54,878 nucleotides of DNA from an uncultured bacterium (GTDB lineage Bacteria; JADJOY01): contig CAZYWA010000003.1 of NCBI GenBank assembly GCA_964650975.1, positions 1 through 54,878 of the forward strand. Reading direction: 5' to 3'. The notes under the pieces are model-generated. The model saw only the letters and a list, made by a program, of their open reading frames with translations. It was not told where the DNA came from and searched no databases. Both the position numbers and the translations under genes were made by a program. Positions 28,013 to 36,968 of this stretch are shown here, in pieces. Positions within the stretch are counted from its first letter, which is position 1. Every line of letters begins with the position of its first letter.

Positions 28013-28830
28013 CCTTTCACTCCGCCCGAGGTCAGCCCGGCGACGTAGAACCGCTGCAGCGCCACGAACAGCAGCACGACCGGCAGCACGGTTACGACGG
28101 CGCCGGCCATCATGAGCTCGGTATCCTGCACATGTTCGCCGGCCAGGTTCGCGAGCGCCACGGGCAGGGTGTAGAGCCGGTCGTCGGAGAGCACCACCAG
28201 CGGCCACAGGAAATCGTTCCATGCGCCCATGAACGTGAAGAGACCGAGGGTCACGAGGATCGGGGTCAGCAGCCGGAGTGCGATCGACCGGTAGATGCGG
28301 ATCTCGCCGGCGCCGTCGACACGCGCCGCGTCGAGGATGCTGCCTGGAATCGCCTGCGCGTGCTGGCGGATCAGGAAGATCCCGAACACGCTGGCGAGCC
28401 CGGGCACCACCACCCCGGCGAGGGTGTTGACCAGGCCCATCGCCTTGAGGAGCAAGAAGAGCGGCAGCATCGCCACCTGCGACGGGATCACCAGCGCCCC
28501 GAGCAGCACCCGGAAGATCCGGTCGCGCCCGGCGAAGTCGAGCTTGCCGAAGGCGTAGCCGGCCATCGAATTCACGACCAGCCCGATCGCCGTGATGGCG
28601 GAAGCGAGGCCGAGGCTGGTGAGCGCGTGGCGGCCCAGCGAGAGCCGGTCGAAGAGTGCCCGGTAGTGCTCCGCGGTGGGGTGGCTCGGCAGGAACCGTG
28701 GCGGCACGGCGCTCGCTTCACCGGTGGGCATCAGTGACGCGGAGATCATCCACAGGAAGGGCACCAGCGTCGCGAGCGCGCCGAGCGCGAGCAACGCGTT
28801 GAGGGCGCAGCGCGCCACGACGCCCTTCAA
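28009..28830 (-). CDS. carbohydrate ABC transporter permease (MalG-like)
   Basis: EAA loop region QAIPGSILDAARVDGAGEIRIYRSIALRLLTP and six TM helices. The listed ORF (to 29709) is an in-frame read-through of the upstream gene region. TTG 28830 overlaps the upstream stop as TTGA (alternative GTG 28818). Confidence 0.88.
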   Translation of the reverse strand: MKGVVARCALNALLALGALATLVPFLWMISASLMPTGEASAVPPRFLPSHPTAEHYRALFDRLSLGRHALTSLGLASAITAIGLVVNSMAGYAFGKLDFAGRDRIFRVLLGALVIPSQVAMLPLFLLLKAMGLVNTLAGVVVPGLASVFGIFLIRQHAQAIPGSILDAARVDGAGEIRIYRSIALRLLTPILVTLGLFTFMGAWNDFLWPLVVLSDDRLYTLPVALANLAGEHVQDTELMMAGAVVTVLPVVLLFVALQRFYVAGLTSGGVKG

Positions 28831-29738
28831 GCCGCCGTCCCCGCGGTGCCGCTCGCCTCGGGGACTCGCCGGCGAACTAGCATCTCGAGCCCGGTGAAGG
28901 CGAGGATGATCGCGAACAGCACGAACGCCACCGCGGCCGCGTAGCCCAGGTTCCACCACCGGAATCCTTGCTCGTACATGAGCAGCACCACGCTCAGCGT
29001 GCTCGATCCCGGGCCTCCTTGCGTCATCACGTAGGGCTCCGCGAAGAGCTGGAAGTATCCGGCGGCGGTGAGCACGGCGATGAGCAGGAACGTGGGCGCC
29101 AGCATCGGCATCGTGACGGCGCGCAGCTGCTGCCAGGCACTGGCTCCGTCGAGGCGGGCGGCCTCGTAGAGCCGCTCGGGGATCCCCTGGAGCCCCGCGA
29201 GGAAGATCAGCGTGTTGAAGCCGAAGTTCTTCCACACCGCGAGCAAGATGATCGCGGGCATCGCCCAGCGCGGATCGCCCAGCCAGTCGATCGGAGCGAC
29301 GCCGAACCAGCCGAGCACGTGATTCAGGAGACCGACGCGCGGGTGGTAGAGGTAGCGCCACACCACGGCCACCGCGACCAGCGTGGTCACGACCGGCAGG
29401 AAGAACACGGTCCGGAAGAAGGGCTTGAAGCGCGCGGCGCGCGCATCGAGCGCCAGCGCCGCCGCGAGCGACACCGCCACCGAGAGCGGTCCGCCGACGA
29501 ACACGAAATACGCGGTGTTGCGAAGCGCGATCCAGAACCGGGAGTCGTGCAGCAGGTGAGCGTAGTTGCCGAGTCCGATCCAGCGCAGCCGGTGCAGATC
29601 GGCGAGCGCGTAGATGTCGAAATCGGTGAAGCTCAGGATCAGCGCGGCGCCCACCGGCAGCGCGAAGAAGAGCCCGATTGCCGCGAGCGCCGGGCCTACC
29701 AGGAGCCACGCCGCCGGGGAGCGCTCGCTGCGCGTCAA
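28827..29738 (-). CDS. carbohydrate ABC transporter permease (MalF/UgpA-like)
   Basis: FLAGLQGIPERLYEAARLDGASAWQQLRAVTMPML EAA loop, six TM helices. TTG start at 29738. Confidence 0.88.
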   Translation of the reverse strand: MTRSERSPAAWLLVGPALAAIGLFFALPVGAALILSFTDFDIYALADLHRLRWIGLGNYAHLLHDSRFWIALRNTAYFVFVGGPLSVAVSLAAALALDARAARFKPFFRTVFFLPVVTTLVAVAVVWRYLYHPRVGLLNHVLGWFGVAPIDWLGDPRWAMPAIILLAVWKNFGFNTLIFLAGLQGIPERLYEAARLDGASAWQQLRAVTMPMLAPTFLLIAVLTAAGYFQLFAEPYVMTQGGPGSSTLSVVLLMYEQGFRWWNLGYAAAVAFVLFAIILAFTGLEMLVRRRVPEASGTAGTAA

Positions 29739-29774
29739 CGAGGCACCTGGCGTGGCGGGCGACCGGTGCGCGGC

Positions 29775-31091
29775 TCAGTGCGCATCCGCTCCCGGAGCAG
29801 GCTCGGGGTGATCGAGAAGCCAGCGGCGCTTCTCGAGGATGCGGTCGACGTCACGGTCGAGCCGGGCGAGACCGTCGTCGAGATCCTCATCGGCCCGGAT
29901 CATCGCTTCCGCGTGCTCACCTACCTTTGCAGCGATCTGCTCCCACTCGGGGATCTTCGGTGTTGCTCGCACCGATTGCAACTGGGAATGGAAGGCGCGC
30001 GCGCGTGGAGCGTCGGCGAGTCCGAGCGCGCGCCACACCGAATCGCGCGACGGTAAATCGCCGGTGAGACGGTAGAGCTCGGCTTGATGCGCCGGCTCGC
30101 TCAGGAACTCGATCAACCGCCACGCGTCGTCCTTGCGCGCCGTCGAGGCCGAGACCGCGAGGCTGGCACCTCCGGCGATCGACGGTCCGCCGTCACCGTC
30201 CGACGCGGCGGGCATCGGCATGGTGTCCCAGCTCGATTGAAGCTCGGCCGGGAGCCGGTGCGCCATCTCCGTCAGGTTCCAGGGCCCGGTCACGTAGAAC
30301 GTGAACGCTCCGCTCGCGAAACTCTGGTAGAGGTTTCCCGCGCTGGCCTCGGTGCCGCTGGGAGCCAGATGCTGCTGGAAGAGCGACAGGTACCAGGCGA
30401 ACGCCCGGCGCACCGGCGCGCTGCGGAAATTTCCGAACCGATCGCCGTCGCGCAGCAGCTCGCCGCCGGCGCCGAGCGCCAGGATCACCGGTACCTGCCA
30501 CTCGCGAGGCGGCAGCAGGATCGCGTGATGCTCGGAGTCGGGCGTCTTGGCCCGCAACCGATGCATGGCGTCGATCCACGCATCCCACGTGGGCGGCGCG
30601 TCCTGGACGCCCGCGGCCTCGAGCAAGTCGCGGCGATAGAACACCAGCCGCGTGTCCACGTACCAGGGAATTCCCCACGTCCCGCCCTCGATCACGTTGG
30701 TGTCGAGGACGCCGGCGAAGAAGTCGGCGCGGTCGATCGCGCGGCTGCCGCTCAGGAATGCATCGAGGGACGCGATCGCGTGCAGCTCGCGGAGCTCGGG
30801 AAGCCAGGTGTTTCCCGCCTGAAACACGTCGGGCATGGCGCCGCCGACGAAGGCGGTGAGCAGCTTCTCGTGCGCCGCGCTCCACGGGATCTGCTGCACC
30901 CGCACGTGAATGCCGGGATGCGCGCGCTCGAACGACGGCACCAGCTTCGCGGCCGCGTCGCCCTCGCTGCCCATCGCCCAGAACGTGAGCTGGTGGGGAT
31001 CGCTACGCGTGCAGGCCCCGAGCATCAGCACCGCCGATGCCGCGACGATGCGCGTCAGCCGGATGCTGAGAAGCCCGCGTCGACCTTTCAC
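29775..31091 (-). CDS. extracellular solute-binding lipoprotein of sugar ABC importer
   Basis: GTG 31091 gives VKGRRGLLSIRLTRIVAASAVLMLGAC (lipobox), then LTFWAMGSEGDAAAKLVPSFERAHPGIHVRVQQIPWSAAHEKLLTAFVGG, typical of family-1 SBPs. The start overlaps the opgH stop as GTGA. The listed 854-aa ORF is an upstream read-through artefact. Confidence 0.88.
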   Translation of the reverse strand: MKGRRGLLSIRLTRIVAASAVLMLGACTRSDPHQLTFWAMGSEGDAAAKLVPSFERAHPGIHVRVQQIPWSAAHEKLLTAFVGGAMPDVFQAGNTWLPELRELHAIASLDAFLSGSRAIDRADFFAGVLDTNVIEGGTWGIPWYVDTRLVFYRRDLLEAAGVQDAPPTWDAWIDAMHRLRAKTPDSEHHAILLPPREWQVPVILALGAGGELLRDGDRFGNFRSAPVRRAFAWYLSLFQQHLAPSGTEASAGNLYQSFASGAFTFYVTGPWNLTEMAHRLPAELQSSWDTMPMPAASDGDGGPSIAGGASLAVSASTARKDDAWRLIEFLSEPAHQAELYRLTGDLPSRDSVWRALGLADAPRARAFHSQLQSVRATPKIPEWEQIAAKVGEHAEAMIRADEDLDDGLARLDRDVDRILEKRRWLLDHPEPAPGADAH

Positions 31092-33814
31092 GCGGTTCCG
31101 GGATGGGCACCCGGGCGGCCCCAGCGCGCCGCGTCGAAGCGGTCGGGCAAGCTCCACGCCCGCTCGTGAAGCTCGTCGATCGCGGCGGGGTCCTGCATGA
31201 GGTAGCGGCGCTGCTTGCTCGAGAGCACGTGCGGGCCTTCGCGCAGCGCGCGATCGATGAGCTTGCGGCGCGCGGCGCGCACGCCCGGCCGGACCCGGCG
31301 CCGGCGCCCGGCCACGGCGCGGTGCAGCGCGTTGACGTAGGGATCGACCACCGCGCGCACGAATCCGTCGTGCTCGGCGGTCGGGAGGGCGGCCTTGTGC
31401 GCCTCCGCCACGCTCATGAGCTCGTGCAGCGCGACGAGCTCGGGCGGCGACGAATACTCCTCCGGAGTCACGAAGAGATGCATCCGCCGCGCGCGGGCCC
31501 CGGCGGTGGCGCGGCTGGTCCACACCGACATCGGCACCGACAGTACCAGCGCGCCGACGATCGGCATCAGCCACCAGAAATATCCCGGGTTGAGCCAGTA
31601 GAGCCCGGCTCCCCAGACGCTCGCGAACAGCGTGTCGAAGCCGTGGTGGCGCAGCGCCTCGCCCCAGGACGTGTCGCTCTCGTCGCGGCTTCCCGATTTC
31701 CAGCCGACGGTGCGCCCCAAGAGGTTCATCACGACGTAGCGGCTGTGAAACACCATGCGGATCGGCGCCAGGAGGCTCGACACCAGGATCTCCACCACCA
31801 CGCTGCCGAGCAATCCGAAGAACCCGCCGAACTGGCGGGTCTGACGTCGCTTGAAGATCACCAGCATCAGGCTCAGGAGCTTGGGCAAGAACAAGATCAC
31901 GGCGGTGACCGCGGCCAGCGACAGCGCCCAGTCGGGCCGCCAGATCGGCCACTCGGGGAAGAGACCGCGGCCGTGCGGGAAGTACTCGGGCGGGCGGAGC
32001 TTGTTGAGCACCGCCTCGATGGTGCTGAGTGCCAGGAACGTGAACCAGAGGAGCGCCGACACGTAGGAAAGCGCTCCGTTCAGGAACAGCATGCGGTGGG
32101 CACCGAAGAATCCCTCGGTGAAGAGCAGCCGCAGGTGCTGCAAGTTGCCCTGGCACCAGCGGCGGTCGCGCTTCATTTCCTCGAGCAGCGTGCTCGGGAC
32201 CTCCTCGTAGCTGCCGCCCAGGTCGTACGCGAGCCACAGCGTCCAGCCGGCGCGTCCCAGCAGCGCCGCTTCCACGAAGTCGTGGCTCAGGATCTCGCCA
32301 CCCAGCGGCTCGCTGCCCGGCAGTCGCGGCAGGCCGCAATGGTCCATGAACGGCTTCACGCGCACGATCGTGTTGTGGCCCCAGTACTGCCCTTCGCCGA
32401 GCTGCCAGTAATGGAGACCGGCGGCGAACATGGGACCGTAGACGCGGCTCGAGAACTGCTGGATCCGCGCCAGCAGCGATTTCCGGTTCACCGCCGCAGG
32501 CACGGTCTGGATCATGGCGGCGTCGGGATGGCGCTCCGCGAGGTCGACCAGGCGGGTGAGAGTCTCGCCCGCCATGAGGCTGTCGGCGTCGAGGGTGATC
32601 ATGTACTCGTAGCGGCTTCCCCAGCGGCGCAGGAAGTCACCGACGTTGCCGCTCTTCCTCTCGATCCGCACCTTGCGGCGCCGGTAGAAGATGCGCCCGA
32701 AGCCGTTGGTGGCGCGGCACCAGTCGAACCAGGCCTCCATCTCGTGCGCGGCAAGCGTCGGATCCGCGGTGTCGCTGAGCACGAAGAAGTGGAACTCGCG
32801 GCCGCGTCCGGTGCGTTCCAGCGAGTCGTGGATCGCACGCAGGCCGCTGAACACCCGCTCCACCGGCTCGTTGCAGATCGGCATGATGATCGCGGTGCGG
32901 GCCGCGAGCGCTTCCTCCGGCCAGGGTGGCCGCCCGGCCTGGCCGTGCTCGGAATCGCCGCTGGTGGATGGCTCGATGTTGGTGATCGCGAACCGGTCGC
33001 GGCGCTTGACGAGCGTCCAGAAGCCGAGGGTCGCGGTCCAGAATCCGATCGAGATCCAGCCGAAGAGCGCGCCGAAGAACACCACGATCGCGATCTCGAG
33101 GCGGGTCCGGCCTTGATAGGGCAGCACCACTGCCATGAAATTGCTGGCGATCACGGTGGGGATCAGGATCAAGAGCAGCAGCAAGATCCGGCGCCGCCGC
33201 GCGACCCGCGTCCACGGCATCTTCTTGCGGATCTGGCGGAGGTCGACCGGTTTGGGTCCGGTGGCGGCTCTCGATCTTCCGAAGAGCCTGCGGAACCAGC
33301 GCCGGACCAGGCGTCGTTCCAGCGTCACGTCGGAGTGCATCGAGCGGCGGAAGACCAGCGGCGTCGACCGCAACGGCTCGCCCGGCGGCGCCGGGGAGCT
33401 CGGCCTCTCGACCGTGCCGGGCTTGCCTCGTCCCGCGTGGGCCAGCCGCCATGCCAGGAAGGCGTCGTCGGCCGACTCGGCGGAGGCCGCGGCGGGATAG
33501 GTCTCCCTCACGACCTCGCGCAGCGAGCGCCAGGTCTCGAGCACCGCGTCGCCGTCGGGCGGCCAGGGGCGGTCGAGAGTGCGCTGGATTGCCGCGGTCG
33601 CGAGCCGCTCCCGTGCTTCCCCGTCGATACCGAGCGCCTCGAGGTACGCGCGAGCACGCTCGTGCGCTTCCTTCCAGTCCTGGAGGACGTGCTCTTGAGG
33701 CAGCGACAGCACACGCGGGCCAGCCGCTCGGGGCGTGGGCTCGGTGGGGGCGATCGCGGGTGCCGGGTCGGCGGGCAGCGAAGCCGGTTTCACGGCTGGA
33801 TCAGGTACGTCCAC
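31088..33814 (-). CDS. opgH: glucans biosynthesis glucosyltransferase H (OpgH/MdoH, GT2)
   Basis: TAIIMPICNEPVERVFSGLRAIHDSLERTG..FHFFVLSDTADP, ITLDADSLM, RDRRWCQGNLQHLRL, and multiple TM helices on both sides of the GT2 domain. An in-frame GTG at 33793 would overlap the opgG stop as GTGA (alternative start). Confidence 0.9.
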   Translation of the reverse strand: MDVPDPAVKPASLPADPAPAIAPTEPTPRAAGPRVLSLPQEHVLQDWKEAHERARAYLEALGIDGEARERLATAAIQRTLDRPWPPDGDAVLETWRSLREVVRETYPAAASAESADDAFLAWRLAHAGRGKPGTVERPSSPAPPGEPLRSTPLVFRRSMHSDVTLERRLVRRWFRRLFGRSRAATGPKPVDLRQIRKKMPWTRVARRRRILLLLLILIPTVIASNFMAVVLPYQGRTRLEIAIVVFFGALFGWISIGFWTATLGFWTLVKRRDRFAITNIEPSTSGDSEHGQAGRPPWPEEALAARTAIIMPICNEPVERVFSGLRAIHDSLERTGRGREFHFFVLSDTADPTLAAHEMEAWFDWCRATNGFGRIFYRRRKVRIERKSGNVGDFLRRWGSRYEYMITLDADSLMAGETLTRLVDLAERHPDAAMIQTVPAAVNRKSLLARIQQFSSRVYGPMFAAGLHYWQLGEGQYWGHNTIVRVKPFMDHCGLPRLPGSEPLGGEILSHDFVEAALLGRAGWTLWLAYDLGGSYEEVPSTLLEEMKRDRRWCQGNLQHLRLLFTEGFFGAHRMLFLNGALSYVSALLWFTFLALSTIEAVLNKLRPPEYFPHGRGLFPEWPIWRPDWALSLAAVTAVILFLPKLLSLMLVIFKRRQTRQFGGFFGLLGSVVVEILVSSLLAPIRMVFHSRYVVMNLLGRTVGWKSGSRDESDTSWGEALRHHGFDTLFASVWGAGLYWLNPGYFWWLMPIVGALVLSVPMSVWTSRATAGARARRMHLFVTPEEYSSPPELVALHELMSVAEAHKAALPTAEHDGFVRAVVDPYVNALHRAVAGRRRRVRPGVRAARRKLIDRALREGPHVLSSKQRRYLMQDPAAIDELHERAWSLPDRFDAARWGRPGAHPGTA

Positions 33815-35457
33815 GTCTCGGTGAGGGCCTCGCCCTTCTCGTCGAGAAACGCGCGGAGGTCAAGGGGGCCGCGCTTCTTGGGCAGCACCTTGAATGTGAG
33901 GCGCCAGCCACCGGTCGCCGTGTTCTTGACCACCTGCTGCTCGGTCACGTCCGCGGCCTCGGCGCCGCCGGCGACGCTCACGGTCGCGTGCAGCACCCGG
34001 TCGGCCGGGATGTCGGCGAGCTTCTTTCCCTCGAAGTCGATCACGAAACGCCGCACGTCTTCCTTGCCGGCCGAATCGCGAAACGTGGCGACCGCGCGTC
34101 CCTCGGGGCGCAGCGCTGGATCGTCGCCGAACCAGCGCATGGTGTAGCCGTAGGCGAGCATCGCCCCGGGCTTCACGGGCACCGCCGGCACCCAGTACGA
34201 GACCACGTTGTCGTTGAAGTCGGAGCTGGTGGGGATCTCGACCAGCTCGACGCGGCCCGGTCCCCAACCGGGGTCCGGCTCGATCCACACGCTGGGGCGC
34301 GATTCGGCGTGGGTCTCGAGGTCCTGGTAGTGATCGAAGTTCCGGTCGCGCTGCAGCAGGCCGAAGCCCACCGGGTTGTCCATCTGGAAGCTCGAGACCC
34401 TGAGCTCCTTCGGGTTGTCGAGAGGGCGCCACACCCACTCACCGTTCCTGAGCGCCAGCTGCAGGCCGTCCGAATCGTGGGCCTCGGGACGGAAATCGTC
34501 GAAGCGGCGGGTGGTTCCTTCGCCGTGGAAGAACATCGACGTGAGTGGTGCCACCCCGAGCTTCCGGACCTCGGTGCGCGGGAAGATTCGCGCCGCGACC
34601 TTGATCACGGTCTGCTCGCCGGGCGTGATCTCGAACCGGAAGGCACCCGCGGCACTGGGGCTGTCGAGCAGCGCGTAGATGATCGACTCGTTGGGGTTCG
34701 CCGGGTAGCTCGAGGGCGCCGGCACGGCGGCCTTGGCGTCCTTCTTGGCGTGTCCCTTGTCTTTGTCCTTCTCTTTCTCTTTGTCTTTATCCTTGTCCTT
34801 CTCTTTGTCTTTCTCGTTCGCGGGCTCGCGCGGCCTCGGCACCGGGCTCACCAGCCAGAACTCGGTGAAGCGTGGGAACTCCTCGCCGCGCGGGTCGGCG
34901 GTGTCGATCGCCAGACCGCGCGCCGAGAGGCCGAACACCTGGTCGCGCCCGAGTGCCCGGAAATAGCTGGCGCCGAGGAACACGATCACTTCGTCGAAGT
35001 AGTCCTTGGTCTTGAAGTTGGCGTGCAGCCGAAAGCCGGCGTAGCCCAGGTCGGGCGGGACTTTGCTGGCGAAGTCGTTGTGGCCGTAGTCGAAATCGTT
35101 GGGGTTGAACTCGTGCGGTTTGACCAGGCTGCCTTCGACCACGTTGACCTTGATGGGCTTGTCGTAGAAGAGGCCCGCGTGAAAGAACTGCGTGCGGAAG
35201 GCCGACGGCCGATCCGCCCACAGCGCGAGGTCGGGGCGAAACCGGATGTCACGCCACTGGTCGTAGCTGATCTTGAGCAACCAGTCGGGAACCTGGTTCT
35301 TGGGCTCGCGGTAGGGCTGCGATGCGAGCTTGGAGGCGCGCAGGGAAACGGTGTCGAGATCGAACGGCGTCTGGGCCCGTGCGGGAGTCAGCGCGCCGAG
35401 CGCCACGAACAGGCCGGCGACGGTGGCCCGGGCCAATCGCGCGCCGTAGGATGACAT
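33790..35457 (-). CDS. opgG: periplasmic glucan biosynthesis protein OpgG/OpgD family (GH186-type), Sec signal
   Basis: MSSYGARLARATVAGLFVALGALTPARAQ signal. FRTQFFHAGLFYDKPIKVNVV, ASYFRALGRDQVFGLSARGLAIDTA..GEEFPRFTEFWL, YALLDSPSAAGAFRF, APLTSMFF are MdoG-family blocks. Contains a roughly 50-aa low-complexity insertion. ATG 35457 was chosen because it gives the signal peptide. Confidence 0.88.
   Translation of the reverse strand: MSSYGARLARATVAGLFVALGALTPARAQTPFDLDTVSLRASKLASQPYREPKNQVPDWLLKISYDQWRDIRFRPDLALWADRPSAFRTQFFHAGLFYDKPIKVNVVEGSLVKPHEFNPNDFDYGHNDFASKVPPDLGYAGFRLHANFKTKDYFDEVIVFLGASYFRALGRDQVFGLSARGLAIDTADPRGEEFPRFTEFWLVSPVPRPREPANEKDKEKDKDKDKEKEKDKDKGHAKKDAKAAVPAPSSYPANPNESIIYALLDSPSAAGAFRFEITPGEQTVIKVAARIFPRTEVRKLGVAPLTSMFFHGEGTTRRFDDFRPEAHDSDGLQLALRNGEWVWRPLDNPKELRVSSFQMDNPVGFGLLQRDRNFDHYQDLETHAESRPSVWIEPDPGWGPGRVELVEIPTSSDFNDNVVSYWVPAVPVKPGAMLAYGYTMRWFGDDPALRPEGRAVATFRDSAGKEDVRRFVIDFEGKKLADIPADRVLHATVSVAGGAEAADVTEQQVVKNTATGGWRLTFKVLPKKRGPLDLRAFLDEKGEALTETWTYLIQP
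34756..34815 (-). repeat. 60-nt purine-rich (coding-strand) tract encoding EKDKEKDKDKDKEKEKDKDK inside opgG
   Basis: The plus strand reads cttgtctttgtccttctctttctctttgtctttatccttgtccttctctttgtctttctc, about 40% GC in a ~70% GC gene, with internal imperfect ~27-nt duplication. Confidence 0.9.
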
Positions 35458-35542
35458 GGGGGAAGGGGACGGGGGTGGCACGAAGCCCGGTAGTCTCACA
35501 CAGCCACATCGACATGCAAAGACGCCGCGGACGGTGGATCCC

Positions 35543-36916
35543 ATGACGGACTCGTTTCCTTCCGGCTTTCAGTGGGGCGTCGCGACGGCTTCGTATCAGA
35601 TCGAGGGCGCGGCCGCGGAGGACGGCCGCGCGCCGTCGGTTTGGGACGCGTTCGCGCGCTCGCCGGGCCGGGTGCTGGGCGGCGACACCGGGGACGTCGC
35701 CTGCGACCACTACCATCGCTACCGGGACGACGTCGCGATCATGGCCTCCCTGGGGGTGCGCGCGTATCGCTTCTCGATCGCCTGGCCGCGGGTGCTTCCA
35801 CGAGGCCATGGAGCGGTGAATCAGCGCGGCCTCGATTTCTACCGGCGCTTGCTCGACGAGCTCGGGCGGCACGGCATCACCCCGCGCGTCACGCTCTATC
35901 ACTGGGATCACCCGCAGGCGCTGGAGGACGAGTACGGCGGCTGGCGGTCGCGCCGAATGGCGCAGGATTTCGCCGACTACGTGGGTGTGGTGGTGCGCGA
36001 GCTCGGCGATCGGGTCGAGCACTGGACCACCCTGAACGAGATCGCTTGCTTCACCCACTTCTCGTACGACGTGGGGAAGCCGGGGTTTCACGCGCCGGGC
36101 GTGGCGCTCGCGAGCCGGAAGAGGGTCTGGCAGACCTCGCACCACGCGTTGCTCGGCCACGGGCTGGCGGTGCAGGCGATCCGCGCCCACGCAACGCGGC
36201 CCTGCCGGGTGAGCCTGGTCGACAATCTCACGGTGCCGGTGCCGGTCACCGAGTCTCCCACCGACGTCGCGGCGGCGTCGCGGGCGTTCGGCGCCGTCGG
36301 GACGAATGGCGGAGTGCTGGTGCCAGCGCTCACCGGTCGTTACGAGGAACGCTTCGCGCGCGCGGCGGAGGCGCGCGGCGAGCTGCCCGACATGGAGCCC
36401 GAGGACCTCGCGACCATCGCGCAGCCGCTCGACGAGCTGGGCCTCAACGTCTACACGGGCGTCTATGCGCGCGCCGCGGCCAGCGACGCCGGCTTCGAGT
36501 TGCTGCCGTTTCCGGGCGGCTACCCGAAGCTCGACATGCCGTGGCTCGACGTCGTGCCCGACGCGCTCTACTGGGCGCCCCGCCACTGTGTGGAGCAGCT
36601 CGGCTTCGGCGGCGACTTCTTCGTGAGCGAGAACGGCTGTGCCGCGCGCGACGCGCTCACCGCGAACGGCGAGGTGCTCGACCTCGACCGGATCGTGTAC
36701 CTGCGCTGCTATCTGCGCCAGCTGGCCCGCGCCATCGCCGACGGTTACCGCGTGCGCGGCTATTGCCTGTGGAGCCTGCTCGACAACTTCGAGTGGGCGT
36801 GGGGCTACGCGAAGCGCTTCGGCATCGTGTACGTCGACTATCCGACCCAGCGCCGCATCCCCAAGGCGAGCGCCCGCTGGTACTCGGAGTGCGTCCGCCA
36901 GAATCGCGTCGTTTAA
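35543..36916 (+). CDS. GH1 beta-glucosidase
   Basis: MTDSFPSGFQWGVATASYQIEGAAAEDGRAPSVWD, acid/base WTTLNEI, nucleophile FVSENGCA, C-terminal WSLLDNFEWAWGYAKRFGIVYVDY. Confidence 0.93.
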   Translation: MTDSFPSGFQWGVATASYQIEGAAAEDGRAPSVWDAFARSPGRVLGGDTGDVACDHYHRYRDDVAIMASLGVRAYRFSIAWPRVLPRGHGAVNQRGLDFYRRLLDELGRHGITPRVTLYHWDHPQALEDEYGGWRSRRMAQDFADYVGVVVRELGDRVEHWTTLNEIACFTHFSYDVGKPGFHAPGVALASRKRVWQTSHHALLGHGLAVQAIRAHATRPCRVSLVDNLTVPVPVTESPTDVAAASRAFGAVGTNGGVLVPALTGRYEERFARAAEARGELPDMEPEDLATIAQPLDELGLNVYTGVYARAAASDAGFELLPFPGGYPKLDMPWLDVVPDALYWAPRHCVEQLGFGGDFFVSENGCAARDALTANGEVLDLDRIVYLRCYLRQLARAIADGYRVRGYCLWSLLDNFEWAWGYAKRFGIVYVDYPTQRRIPKASARWYSECVRQNRVV

Positions 36917-36918
36917 TC

Positions 36919-36968
36919 GGGGGGCTTTTCAAGCCCCCCGCCCCGAAAAAAGTGCGATTTTTCGGGGC
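36919..36968. terminator. two abutting perfect hairpins between convergent genes (putative terminators)
   Basis: GGGGGGC-TTTTCAA-GCCCCCC (36919-36939) is followed immediately by GCCCCGAAAAA-AGTGCGA-TTTTTCGGGGC (36940-36968), starting 3 nt after the GH1 stop. No classical trailing U-tract. Confidence 0.45.

Noticed and set aside
31092-32339. N-terminal 415 aa of listed ORF 29775..32339, and the N-terminal part of 28009..29709, which could suggest giant fusion proteins
   Set aside because: These upstream extensions are out-of-frame read-through over the preceding genes (opgH, permease) and are compositionally junk. GTG 31091 and TTG 28830 give proper lipoprotein/TM N-termini and 4-nt stop/start overlaps.
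31103-34147. 1014-aa plus-strand ORF antisense to opgH/opgG
   Set aside because: Arg/Gly/Glu/Asp-rich low-information translation with no family motifs. The opposite strand encodes unmistakable MdoH and MdoG blocks.
34741-34830. Short tandem repeats considered as a CRISPR-like or minisatellite element
   Set aside because: The tract is in frame within opgG, encodes a K-D/E dipeptide run, has no spacer-repeat architecture and is only about 60 nt long.
35476-35492. TGGCAC in the opgG/GH1 divergent promoter region as a sigma-54 -24 element
   Set aside because: The required -12 TTGC(A/T) is missing at the N5 spacing (the sequence is TGGCAC gaagc CCGGT).
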